A stretch of 64,000 nt of DNA from Spirochaetia bacterium (GTDB lineage Bacteria; Spirochaetota; Spirochaetia; UBA9216), in NCBI GenBank assembly GCA_965140585.1, contig OZ223270.1:352001-416000 (forward strand), given 5' to 3'. This document shows, piece by piece, positions 37,716 through 47,184 of this stretch (position 1 is the first letter of the stretch; the number at the start of each line of letters is the position of its first letter). The position numbers and the translations under genes were made by a program. The notes below the pieces were generated by a model, which ran no database searches, was not told the origin of the DNA, and worked only from the letters and a program-made list of their open reading frames with translations.

Positions 37716-39468
37716 TTTCAGCCTGCTGCAGATTATAAATTGTCCTGTACAGCCCCTTCTCTGACAGAAGCTGCTCATGCGTACCCTGCTGCGTAATGCA
37801 GCCGTCTTCAAGCACGATTATGTTATCGGTATGTGAAAGAGTACCGATCCTGTTTGAAATAATAATAGAAGTCCTCCCGGATCTCTTTTCAAGAAAACTC
37901 CGTATTATCGAAGCCTCGGTCTCCGAATCAACCGCAGAGAGGCAGTCGTCAAATATCAGAATTTCCGGATTGGTCAGATATGCCCTTGATATAGCAACCC
38001 GCTGTTTCTGACCGCCGCTTAAAGTATGCCCCCGTTCGCCGACCATGGTATCCCAGCCGAAAGGAAACTCTTTAAGATCCCTGCTGATGGTTGAAAAATC
38101 AGCGGCTTCCCTTATAAGCTCATCTCCGGCATCAGGAACTGCAAACCTTATATTCTCCTTGATTGTTTCGGAAAACAGAAAAGTATCCTGCATAACAACA
38201 CCGACGTTCTTACGAAGTTCTGAAAGCTCATATTCCCTTATATCGCGACCGCCTATAAAAACAGTTCCGGCGGGGGCTTCATAAAGTCTGGGCAGCAGAC
38301 TTATCAGGCTTGTTTTCCCCGATCCTGTACGGCCGAGAATTCCCAGTGAATGGCCCTGCTTAAGCCGGAAACTGATATCGGTTAAAACCGGAACGCTAAC
38401 AATCTCTTCCATTTTTTCATTATAGAAATCACGTGAATATGATAGACCGCGGACTTCAACATCTCCCGCCGGTTTCAAATCAAATCCATCCCCGGATATG
38501 ATATCCGGTTTCTCATCCAGAAATTCCCCGATTCTGGCAAGAGAAGCGCCGCCGCGTTCAAGCCAGTTTATTGTAAATCCCGCGCCCATCATCGGCCAGA
38601 CAAGAAGACCCAGATAGCTCAGCACGGCGGCAAAGTCTCCCGGAGAAATAATACCGTCTATTACCTGCCGCCCACCGAACCAGAGAAGCAGAAGGGATGT
38701 AACACCGGAAAGAAAATTGATCAGCGGAAAGAAAAATCCCCAGACCCTGATAAGTGACATTGCGCGCTGCAGGTAGATATCGTTCGCAGTTTTAAACTTT
38801 TCCGCCGCAAAGTCTTCACAGGCGAAGGTCTTGTATACCCTGATTCCCGCGAAAGTTTCCTGGGTATGTGCACTGAGGTTTGAAAAGCCTTCCTGAACAA
38901 GCTTCGATCTTCTGCCAAGAAGCCTTCCTGCGCCAACAACAAGGATAAACAGCAGCGGCAGGGGAATAGCAATCCAGCCGGCGAGGCCCGGATAATCCCG
39001 GAAAAGTATAACCAGAATGAAGGTAGCCATGAACAGCCCGTCAACAATAGAGACAACCGCCATTCCGCAGGCCATTCTTATTGCGTTCATATCGTTTGTG
39101 AACCTGGACATTATATCGCCGGTTCTTCTTTTTTCATAAAATCCGGGAGAAAGCCCCAAGAGATGACGGAAAAGTTTCTGCCTTAAATCACTTTCAATCC
39201 GTCTCGCAGTTCCGCCAATAAAATAGCGCCATCCAAACCGGCCGGCGGCAATAAAGACAGCAATAACAACCATAATTACTGTGATGTTTAAAATGATTCC
39301 GGTACTGCCCTCGCCCGAAGAAATTAAATTCACAGCCTTCTTTGTAAGCTGGGGAATATAAATCTGGCCGGCATCTGTTACAACCAGACAGATCAATCCG
39401 GGAATGTAGAAAAGCAGATTTTTTCTGAGAAATGGAAGAAGTCGTTTGTATTCACCAAGATAAGACAC
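37705..39468 (-). CDS. ABC exporter ATP-binding/permease subunit (MdlA-like, degenerate site)
   Basis: TMD plus GRTGSGKT, LSGGQKQR, FDDCLSAVD (D replaces catalytic E) and ISNR (N replaces H). Heterodimer partner of the adjacent gene. Confidence 0.95.
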   Translation of the reverse strand: MSYLGEYKRLLPFLRKNLLFYIPGLICLVVTDAGQIYIPQLTKKAVNLISSGEGSTGIILNITVIMVVIAVFIAAGRFGWRYFIGGTARRIESDLRQKLFRHLLGLSPGFYEKRRTGDIMSRFTNDMNAIRMACGMAVVSIVDGLFMATFILVILFRDYPGLAGWIAIPLPLLFILVVGAGRLLGRRSKLVQEGFSNLSAHTQETFAGIRVYKTFACEDFAAEKFKTANDIYLQRAMSLIRVWGFFFPLINFLSGVTSLLLLWFGGRQVIDGIISPGDFAAVLSYLGLLVWPMMGAGFTINWLERGGASLARIGEFLDEKPDIISGDGFDLKPAGDVEVRGLSYSRDFYNEKMEEIVSVPVLTDISFRLKQGHSLGILGRTGSGKTSLISLLPRLYEAPAGTVFIGGRDIREYELSELRKNVGVVMQDTFLFSETIKENIRFAVPDAGDELIREAADFSTISRDLKEFPFGWDTMVGERGHTLSGGQKQRVAISRAYLTNPEILIFDDCLSAVDSETEASIIRSFLEKRSGRTSIIISNRIGTLSHTDNIIVLEDGCITQQGTHEQLLSEKGLYRTIYNLQQAENGR

Positions 39469-39554
39469 ATGCTACTTTACACATTATATCGGGCAGAATC
39501 AACAAACAGAAAAAAAACCTTGATTTATTGTTTTTCTGCTAATATAAATATTGA

Positions 39555-40715
39555 ATGATTATAGAAAAAGCGTTTATTCACTATTTGAAAATTCCTTTCA
39601 AAATGACATTCAGCCACTCCAAAGCGGACAGAGCACATTCGGATTCAATAATTCTGGAAATACAGGCTAAATCCTCTGATGGTAAAGAAATATTCGGTTA
39701 TGGCGAAGCTGTAATACGCGAATATGTGTCCGGAACTATTGACAACTCAGACAGCTCAGAAGATCCGGTAACCTCGGTATTCAACGAATTCCTTAACGGT
39801 TTCAGAAACAGGGAGCTTTCTTCCGACAAGGTTCTGAATGAACTTAAAGCTTTCAATCCCGAAACGGAAAAACTGCCCGTTCTCTGCGCGGTTGAAACCG
39901 CAATGCTGGACCTCCTCTGCAGTGAAACCGGTTCTGATATTTATGATCTGCTTGAAGTCGAGCCGCAGAGAGAGAAAATCGTATACGGCGGGACTCTGCC
40001 AGTCCTTCCTGTTCCGGCTGCCCGCAGGCTTATGGGCGCGTACAGGCAGCTGCAGATTCCGAATCTGCGCATCAAGGTCCTTGATGATACCGGATACAAC
40101 TCCGAAATACTTGCCCTTGGCCGTGAAATATTCGGTGATGACTATCCGCTGAAGATAGACGCCAATGCGGCATGGACAGCGGAAACTGCAGCAGATAATT
40201 TTCCTATACTGAAAAAATTCGGAATCAACATCATTGAAGAACCATTCGGCAGAAATGAGACTGAGATGGAAAAGATTAAAAGTCATGAAGCATTTAATGA
40301 TTTCATATTCATGGCTGACGAATCGGCACTTAACATAGATGACCTGAAAACAGCAGTCGAAAATAAAACATATAAAATGATAAATATCCGGCTTGCAAAG
40401 AACGGCGGCCTTTTAAAGGCTCTTGACTTAGCCGCTTTTTCTGACAAAAATAGTATGGAATATATGTCCGGCTGTCATGTCGGTGAAACAGGGATATTAA
40501 GCGCAACAGGAAGAGCAGCAGCGTCCATAATGAAAAATCCGGTCTTTACCGACGGGTCTTTCGATGCCCATTTACTTGAAGGAAATATAACCGAAGATGA
40601 TTTAAGCTTCGGACCCGGCGGTATAGCCGGTATAATCAGGAATAAAAACCTGGGTTTTAAACTCAGCAGAAAAAATCTGGAAGGGTACACTATTGAAAAA
40701 AGAACTTGTTTTTGA
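39555..40715 (+). CDS. Enolase superfamily (MLE/dipeptide-epimerase subgroup) enzyme
   Basis: GYGEA; metal ligands DAN, EEP, DES; RIKV (for KxK); NIRLAKNGG; GCHVGET. Confidence 0.85.
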   Translation: MIIEKAFIHYLKIPFKMTFSHSKADRAHSDSIILEIQAKSSDGKEIFGYGEAVIREYVSGTIDNSDSSEDPVTSVFNEFLNGFRNRELSSDKVLNELKAFNPETEKLPVLCAVETAMLDLLCSETGSDIYDLLEVEPQREKIVYGGTLPVLPVPAARRLMGAYRQLQIPNLRIKVLDDTGYNSEILALGREIFGDDYPLKIDANAAWTAETAADNFPILKKFGINIIEEPFGRNETEMEKIKSHEAFNDFIFMADESALNIDDLKTAVENKTYKMINIRLAKNGGLLKALDLAAFSDKNSMEYMSGCHVGETGILSATGRAAASIMKNPVFTDGSFDAHLLEGNITEDDLSFGPGGIAGIIRNKNLGFKLSRKNLEGYTIEKRTCF

Positions 40716-41508
40716 ATTCTGGCTTGAAAGTAACAGAAAATGGCTGGAAAAATGCGACGGAAAAACACTTGGAATGACTTTCTCTGCAGGCAAGGATTCA
40801 TCTGTCTGCCAGTATTTTCTTAATGAGGTAAAAGAACAATTTAATTATAAACTGAAATCCTATCTCTGCGCATATCCGAGGCATAGATACTCGGATGAAG
40901 TTAATAAGAAACTTCAGGATTACTGGGCCGCAAAGGGTGTTGATATTTATGTACAGATCCCCGAAGAGGGTGATGATCTCATGGAAAACACAAAAAACCC
41001 ATGCAGACCATGCCAGAATATCCGTAAAAGCGCCCTTCCCGAAATTTTCAGCCTGATGAAAACTCCGGTATCAGATATTGTAATTGTTTCCGGTCACAGC
41101 CTGTGGGATATAGCAGCCTACGCCTTAAATGCCAACATTGCAAAGGAACTGGCGATACCAAACGAAGACGATGAAACCCTTACAGACAAGCGGCTTCTGG
41201 AAGTTTCACAGAGGTTCTATCCCTTCTTCACAATGCCGGAAGGATACTCGGTTTACCGGCCCCTGCTGTACCTGAATCAGGAGGATATCCATCAATTTTG
41301 CAGTGAATTTTCAATTCCAGTTATTGAAGAAGAATGCCGATATTCGTCTTGGAGGCCTAAGAACAAATTATCCGAATATTTCAGTATGTTCGGTTACAAT
41401 TTTGAATATGAGCAGGTTTTTAATTACGCGCAGAAATATCTTAACATTATTCCTCTTGGCCATATTCAGACTATCAAAAGCAAAGAATATCTGTCTGAAC
41501 ATTTTTAA
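40693..41508 (+). CDS. PP-loop ATP pyrophosphatase, TtcA/TtuA-like
   Basis: SAGKDS PP-loop, PCRPC, GHSLWD, RPLL, third Cys in ECRYS. TTG start overlaps the upstream gene by 23 nt. Confidence 0.75.
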   Translation: MKKELVFEFWLESNRKWLEKCDGKTLGMTFSAGKDSSVCQYFLNEVKEQFNYKLKSYLCAYPRHRYSDEVNKKLQDYWAAKGVDIYVQIPEEGDDLMENTKNPCRPCQNIRKSALPEIFSLMKTPVSDIVIVSGHSLWDIAAYALNANIAKELAIPNEDDETLTDKRLLEVSQRFYPFFTMPEGYSVYRPLLYLNQEDIHQFCSEFSIPVIEEECRYSSWRPKNKLSEYFSMFGYNFEYEQVFNYAQKYLNIIPLGHIQTIKSKEYLSEHF

Positions 41509-41529
41509 TTCAGGAAAAGGTCCCGACAG

Positions 41530-43428
41530 ATGGTGATAAATACGTCCTTTGTCGAAAACCGGCAGGAAAACGGTATAAAGTTTACAGCAACAACAGAGCA
41601 GGCTCTGAATGTGGTAAACTGTACAAACAGCAAAGCTGTATATCACTATGTCAGAAGGCATAAACCGGACAGACTAGAGGACCTTTTTACTAATCTGCCC
41701 GAACCCTACGATTCAATATCAAATATTGAAGCCTATCTCACTGATGAAAATAACTGGGTCTCATCAGAACTGATTACAAAACTGTTTGATAACGCGGCAG
41801 AGATTTTTCAAGATCCCGGAGTTGCTTTCAACATCGGAATGGAAACAATCACCACAAAGACAATTGGCACCCTGCAGAGCTTCTTTCTGACAACCTTTGC
41901 CACACCAAAAAGTGTTATTAAAAGGCTGAACCAGATTAACCAGCAGTTCAATACAACAAAGATTATCGAAACAGTTTACATCTCAAGCAAGCGTACAGTT
42001 GTCAGGCTTCACTGGAAGGAAAACAGTAAACTCAGTAAAAATATATGCCTGTATAATCAGGGAGTTTATGCTGCAATCCCGACACTCTGGGGACAGCCGC
42101 CGCAGACAGTTATCGAAACAGAATGCTATTTCAACGGCGCTCCATACTGCCAGTACAACGTCACTTTCAATAAAAAAAACATATTTAAATTCAGCTTCAG
42201 GCATCAGCTTAAATCACGGAAATCCAGACTCCTGTTAGCCCTTGAAGAAATTGAAAATGACAAGCTCTTGCTTAAAAAAAAGAATGATGAAGTTATAAAA
42301 CTCAACCTGGAACTGAAAGAGAAAGTTGAACGGCTTAAGGCCATCAATGAAGCCTCCCGCCTGCTGGTATCAATGGTTGACGCAGATGAAATACTTAAAA
42401 CTACAATGAATATCATCGTGGATGTTTTAAAGTTCGACCGTGCCCTTCTTATGCTTATAGATAACAACAATGAGTATCTTGAATACATACACTCTACCGG
42501 GGCAAAGAAAGAAGAAGTCGATCTCAAACTCAAAAACTACCGTATCCCGCTTTCAAGAAAAGAAAACATCCTCATTAGAACAACTCTTGAAGGTAAACCT
42601 GTTCTTATTAAAAATGCTGTAAGAGCAGGCCTAAACCCAAACAACTTTATCATCCGTGAATTCAGTCCTAACTCAATTGCATTCTGTCCGCTTATAACGT
42701 CCAAGGGAGCAATCGGTATTCTTGCAGCCGACAGAATGGTTTCCGATAAACTCATTACCAGGAAAGAACTCGAACACCTGTCCATCTTTGTAAACAACAT
42801 GGCTGTAACCCTTCATAAGGTCCGCCAGGACGAAGAAATCGAACGCAGCTATATCAACACAGTCAAAGCCCTTGTAAAGGCCATAGAAGAAAAGGATCCC
42901 TATACAAAGGGTCATTCTGAACGCGTTTCGCTTCTTGCAACTCGGATTGCAACAGCTATGGATCTGTCCAAGGAAGAAGTGGAATTCATCAACATAGGCA
43001 GCCTTCTCCATGATGTCGGAAAAATCGGAATTCCCGAATCAATTGTCAGGAGCCCTAAAAAACTCTCTGCCGCTGAATACAATATTATTAAATCACATCC
43101 TGAAAAGGGTGCAGAAATTGTCAGCCCTATCAGAAGATTCAAAGATCATGTCTACCTGATCAAATACCACCATGAACACTTCGACGGTACAGGATACCCT
43201 GCAGGCCTTAAGGGACATGAAATTCCAGTGGGAGCTCAGATTGTTTCCATCGCAGACACCTATGATGCCATAACATCTTCAAGAGCATACAGAAAAGGCT
43301 TGCCCATGCAGGAAGCAGCTCTCCGTATTGCACAGGCCCGGGGAAGACAGTTCAGTCCTGAAGTGACAGACGCATTTCTGCGTGTTTATGAGACCGAAAT
43401 ACTCTCCGGACGCCTGAAATTAGGCTAG
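41530..43428 (+). CDS. HD-GYP c-di-GMP phosphodiesterase with N-terminal V4R-like sensor and GAF domain
   Basis: KDPYTKGHSERV, LLHDVGK, HHEHFDGTGYP, ADTYDAITS.R.YR; GAF (FDRALLML, CPLITSKGAIGILAAD); V4R-like C..ETEC...G...C.Y. Confidence 0.9.
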   Translation: MVINTSFVENRQENGIKFTATTEQALNVVNCTNSKAVYHYVRRHKPDRLEDLFTNLPEPYDSISNIEAYLTDENNWVSSELITKLFDNAAEIFQDPGVAFNIGMETITTKTIGTLQSFFLTTFATPKSVIKRLNQINQQFNTTKIIETVYISSKRTVVRLHWKENSKLSKNICLYNQGVYAAIPTLWGQPPQTVIETECYFNGAPYCQYNVTFNKKNIFKFSFRHQLKSRKSRLLLALEEIENDKLLLKKKNDEVIKLNLELKEKVERLKAINEASRLLVSMVDADEILKTTMNIIVDVLKFDRALLMLIDNNNEYLEYIHSTGAKKEEVDLKLKNYRIPLSRKENILIRTTLEGKPVLIKNAVRAGLNPNNFIIREFSPNSIAFCPLITSKGAIGILAADRMVSDKLITRKELEHLSIFVNNMAVTLHKVRQDEEIERSYINTVKALVKAIEEKDPYTKGHSERVSLLATRIATAMDLSKEEVEFINIGSLLHDVGKIGIPESIVRSPKKLSAAEYNIIKSHPEKGAEIVSPIRRFKDHVYLIKYHHEHFDGTGYPAGLKGHEIPVGAQIVSIADTYDAITSSRAYRKGLPMQEAALRIAQARGRQFSPEVTDAFLRVYETEILSGRLKLG

Positions 43429-43552
43429 CCTTCTAGTACTTTTTCATTATAACTAAAATTTAATAGGAATTCGAAAAAAACGACTTGCCACGTCTAAATT
43501 CATGTGATGAAATGATTATTACACAAAAATTAGTAAAAAAGAGGACGTTGCC

Positions 43553-44431
43553 ATGAAATTAAACCTATCAAAGTTCTGTCAGACCCGCTTCAATGTAATG
43601 ATGTTCAAAAAGTTCAACCCTTATCTGTGTTTCAGTTACATGCAGACACTAGGAAAAATTTACTATGCTCTTAATAAAAAAGAAAGAGATCTAATCAAGA
43701 CAAACATTCGGGATCTACTTGAAGGTAGAGATGAACAATTCATCCGGAAGACAACAAAAGAGGCTTTCCGAGGCATCTTTACCCACTACTTTGAGAAGAT
43801 GTTTTCAGCTTATCGTAACTATCCTGAAATTAAAAAATTCATGCAGCAGAAATTTACAATCGAAAACGAGCACCTTATCCAGAATGCACTTGCAGAAGGC
43901 AAGGGTGTTGTTCTTGTCACAGCACACTGGGGAGCAGTGGAATTTATTCCCTGGCTTCTGGCTCTGAAAGGCTACCCCATTAGTGTTATTCTTGAATGTC
44001 AGACAGATCTCCTGATGGAGTCTTTAAATGATAAAACCCGCTTTGTTGACGCGGAACTGATAACCGAAGACAACTGCAGAAATGTTCTGTTTGAAGCCTT
44101 TGGATGCCTCAGCAGAAATAGAGTTCTCATGACCGAATGTGATGAAGTTGACAAATGGAGAAAAAGAAAAACCCAGACTATCAATCTCTTCGGTAAAACC
44201 CTTTATTTTGACAATACACTTGATGTTCTCGCAAGAAAGGCCGACTGCCCTGTTATCGGAACCTTCCTGAAAAGAAACGGAAACGGAACTTATACTCTAT
44301 TCTGTGAAGAAATTGAACGCGGAAGAGGTACAGCAAAGAATGCACTTGAAATGTGGCAGAAATATGTTTCTGAGAATCCTGAACAGTGGTATCAGTGGAA
44401 AAAGTGGAACAAGATGAAGGCTGCTGTCTAA
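43553..44431 (+). CDS. Lysophospholipid acyltransferase family protein (LpxL/HtrB-like)
   Basis: GKGVVLVTAHWGAVE (Hx4E), LFGK, PEQWYQW; RBS gagga. Confidence 0.85.
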   Translation: MKLNLSKFCQTRFNVMMFKKFNPYLCFSYMQTLGKIYYALNKKERDLIKTNIRDLLEGRDEQFIRKTTKEAFRGIFTHYFEKMFSAYRNYPEIKKFMQQKFTIENEHLIQNALAEGKGVVLVTAHWGAVEFIPWLLALKGYPISVILECQTDLLMESLNDKTRFVDAELITEDNCRNVLFEAFGCLSRNRVLMTECDEVDKWRKRKTQTINLFGKTLYFDNTLDVLARKADCPVIGTFLKRNGNGTYTLFCEEIERGRGTAKNALEMWQKYVSENPEQWYQWKKWNKMKAAV

Positions 44432-45207
44432 TCAAGTTTTAGATTGGCAATCTTTCTATCAATATTTTCCTGAAGCGTTTCAAAGATAAAGGAATGGATC
44501 CGGTTTTTGGTTGCCGGGTCTGTTCTTTTATCAAATAAGATAACGTAAATAATATCATTACCTTCCGCACGACGGCCAATCACTGGTCCGGAAACACGTG
44601 CAAGCTTTCCTTTAAGTTTGACCTGCATATCCGAAAGAACTGTATGCTGGGGAATATTCACATCATCGGTAGTTGAAAAAGCCATACCGACAGAACTAAT
44701 ATCCCTTATCATTCCGGAACGCAGACTGCCGTTAAAATTAAAATTATATTCTGTATTTTTAAGTTCGCTGCTGTCGATTCGGAGATACTTTCTACGGCCT
44801 TTTGCTTCATTTGCTTCCAGAGTCTTTAAAATAATTTTTTTGCTCTGTTCTAATCCAAGTTTAAGTATGATGTACCCGCAGGGAATCATAAGATCCATCA
44901 GATATTTTTCTGCCATTGATTTATCTTCGTTATAGGTGACAACACCAAGCATGGCTGAATTGTCATCACTCTCCATCATCTCTTTAACATAATCAAACCA
45001 GTCATTATCTTTCAGAGCTTCATCAATATTTACAAAGACAATGGGATCCTGATACTCGGATATCAATTTTCTGAGTCTCTGATGATCGCGCACCTGATAC
45101 ACTGCATACTCATTTTCAACCAGCTCTTTAACCAGCTCCTGTTTAATTACACTATGCGGATATAAAAAGAATACAACTTTGGAATCAAAAGTATTGCTGC
45201 CTTTCAT
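44428..45207 (-). CDS. PilZ domain protein (c-di-GMP receptor) with N-terminal receiver-like fold
   Basis: RRKYLR (RxxxR) and DISSVG (DxSxxG). Start 45207 follows aggag. Confidence 0.85.
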   Translation of the reverse strand: MKGSNTFDSKVVFFLYPHSVIKQELVKELVENEYAVYQVRDHQRLRKLISEYQDPIVFVNIDEALKDNDWFDYVKEMMESDDNSAMLGVVTYNEDKSMAEKYLMDLMIPCGYIILKLGLEQSKKIILKTLEANEAKGRRKYLRIDSSELKNTEYNFNFNGSLRSGMIRDISSVGMAFSTTDDVNIPQHTVLSDMQVKLKGKLARVSGPVIGRRAEGNDIIYVILFDKRTDPATKNRIHSFIFETLQENIDRKIANLKLD

Positions 45208-45288
45208 TAAGTCTCCTGGATTAAGATTAGGCCATGTTCTAATTTCAATCAAGCTGTTATTTTTCAATTTCTGTGCTATTTTTATCTG

Positions 45289-45843
45289 ATGAAACTAATT
45301 TCTTTCCTTGGAAATAAGGGTAAAAAATATGAAAAGACCAGGCACAATCTGGCCTGGATTGTAGCAGAAGAAGTAAATAACCTTAATTCTGCGGTCTGGA
45401 ATTCAAAATTCAATGCAGACTTCACCAGCTTAAAAAAGAACGGCACCTTTTATCTTTTAAAACCGATGACACTGATGAACCGCAGCGGTCAGAGTATCGC
45501 TGCAGCATTGAACTTTTATAAACTGAAACCTACCGACCTTATTGTCGTTCATGATGACCTGGAATTGCCTTTTGGAACAGTCCAGCTCAGAAAAGGCGGG
45601 GGAACAGCAGGTCATAACGGATTAAAATCCATTGTCAGCCAGATCGGTTCTTCAGATTTCATCCGGTTCAGGCTTGGTATTTCAAGACCTCCTTCAGGCT
45701 GGAACGTTTCCGATTTTGTCCTGAGCAGGTTTTCACCCGAAGAAGAGGCTGAACTTGGAGACTATGCAGCCGCTGCGGCCGCAGTAATCGACAGGCTTAT
45801 CGACGGGGACTCTGTCGATGGATGTAAAATCAAACTCATTTAG
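45289..45843 (+). CDS. pth: Peptidyl-tRNA hydrolase
   Basis: LGN.G..Y..TRHN, KPMTLMNRSG, HDDLEL, GHNGLKS, RFRLGI. Confidence 0.97.
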   Translation: MKLISFLGNKGKKYEKTRHNLAWIVAEEVNNLNSAVWNSKFNADFTSLKKNGTFYLLKPMTLMNRSGQSIAAALNFYKLKPTDLIVVHDDLELPFGTVQLRKGGGTAGHNGLKSIVSQIGSSDFIRFRLGISRPPSGWNVSDFVLSRFSPEEEAELGDYAAAAAAVIDRLIDGDSVDGCKIKLI

Positions 45844-45889
45844 TTGAAAAGGCTATAATAATAGCATAATCTTATATCGGAGATTATTG

Positions 45890-46441
45890 ATGTTCGTTGA
45901 AGCTGAAGTATGGAATGTAGCACACACAGATCAGGGATATGCGGTACTTGTACGACCAGTTGGAACAAAATCGGCATCACCAATTTTTATTGGACAGCTT
46001 GAAGCTCAGTCCATTCTGGTCGGTATGAGCGGAATCCCGATGCCCAGACCCAATACACATGATCTAATGATAACCGCGCTCACAGAAACCGGATGGACAA
46101 TAGAGAAAGTTGAAATAAGCGAGTTAAAAGAGGGAATATTCTTTTCTTCTGTAAAGATGACAAACGGAGAACAGTTGCTTGATCTGGATTCAAGGCCCTC
46201 TGACAGCATAGCACTGGCAGTGAGAGCGGGTTGTCCTATTTACATCTCCGAAGAACTTATTGATGAAACCGCCGTTTCGCTTCATTTTATATCAGATAAA
46301 CTTGAAACATCTGACTCGGAAACAGAAAACCTTAAACTGGAACTCGAAAAAGCCCTTGATGAAGCGGTAAAGCTTGAGCATTATGAAGACGCTGCAAAAA
46401 TAAGAGACCAGATAAGAAAGATGGATGAAGATCTGTTCTGA
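45890..46441 (+). CDS. Bifunctional nuclease family (DUF151) protein with C-terminal UVR motif
   Basis: PIFIG..EA, RPNTHDL, DSRPSDSIALAVR; EHYEDAAKIRDQI. Confidence 0.92.
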   Translation: MFVEAEVWNVAHTDQGYAVLVRPVGTKSASPIFIGQLEAQSILVGMSGIPMPRPNTHDLMITALTETGWTIEKVEISELKEGIFFSSVKMTNGEQLLDLDSRPSDSIALAVRAGCPIYISEELIDETAVSLHFISDKLETSDSETENLKLELEKALDEAVKLEHYEDAAKIRDQIRKMDEDLF

Positions 46442-46460
46442 ATAAAAAAACAGGCCAAAC

Positions 46461-46489
46461 TTGACCAGAAAATTTTTAACATGTAAACT
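46461..46489 (+). promoter_or_regulatory. Sigma70 promoter, probably leaderless
   Basis: TTGACC-17 bp-TAAACT; ATG 8 nt later; no SD. Confidence 0.6.
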
Positions 46490-46497
46490 GTTTTCAA

Positions 46498-47142
46498 ATG
46501 GGCAAAATAAATCTTATCAGCGGCGATCAGCAGTTTTCAGAAATTTTGAAAAACAGAATCAGAAGAGCTGGAGGGCTTCCCGTAATCCTTTCAGAAGAAA
46601 CCGAAATAGACTCAAACGAAGAGACAGAAGATGGCGATTCTGAGATTCTGTGGAATAAAAGATCATCACTGTCGGCACGCAATGCTGTTTTAAGCTGTAT
46701 AAACAAGCACGAACGCATTGATGACGCTTTTATCTGCTATCAGCCCGAAGAATTAAACAAAGCCTTTCATGAAATGTCAGCACCGGTATACGATCTTCAG
46801 ATCGACCGCTGGATACGCGGTTACGGCTATCTTCTGAAGGAACTGCTGCATGTTTTTATCAAGCAGAAATCCGGCAGACTTTCGCTCATACTTTCATCTG
46901 ATGATTCCAGGCTTATGACGCCCCTTGAGTCAGCAGTTTATTCCTACCTGCGAACACTCATAAAAAACCTTTCATCATTCTACCAGGATGAACCGGTTTC
47001 AATACTCTGCTTCGAGACAGACAGCAGAAATACCGGAGAGTTTTTTGACTACATTTTCAAGATAATCGATGATGGAAAATACTCACCCGGAAAGGTATAT
47101 AAATATTCTGAACGAAAAAGTCTTTTTGATTTTAAACGCTGA
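46498..47142 (+). CDS. Hypothetical protein, degenerate SDR/Rossmann-like fold
   Basis: Pattern reminiscent of SDR (RIDDAFI, KQKSGRLSLI) but no TGxxxGxG or YxxxK. Confidence 0.6.
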   Translation: MGKINLISGDQQFSEILKNRIRRAGGLPVILSEETEIDSNEETEDGDSEILWNKRSSLSARNAVLSCINKHERIDDAFICYQPEELNKAFHEMSAPVYDLQIDRWIRGYGYLLKELLHVFIKQKSGRLSLILSSDDSRLMTPLESAVYSYLRTLIKNLSSFYQDEPVSILCFETDSRNTGEFFDYIFKIIDDGKYSPGKVYKYSERKSLFDFKR

Positions 47143-47184
47143 GATTTGTTGAAATTCCACTCCAATTAGGATATTGTTCTCTCT

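Noticed and set aside
35940-39468. ABC heterodimer as the exporter of the adjacent putative signal locus
   Set aside because: It is divergently adjacent, but MdlAB-like pairs are ubiquitous housekeeping exporters; nothing in the sequence ties it to the locus without synteny data.
43553-44431. Calling the acyltransferase lpxL (lipid A biosynthesis)
   Set aside because: Only the family motif is supported; no lpx/kds genes are in context, so no gene symbol was assigned.
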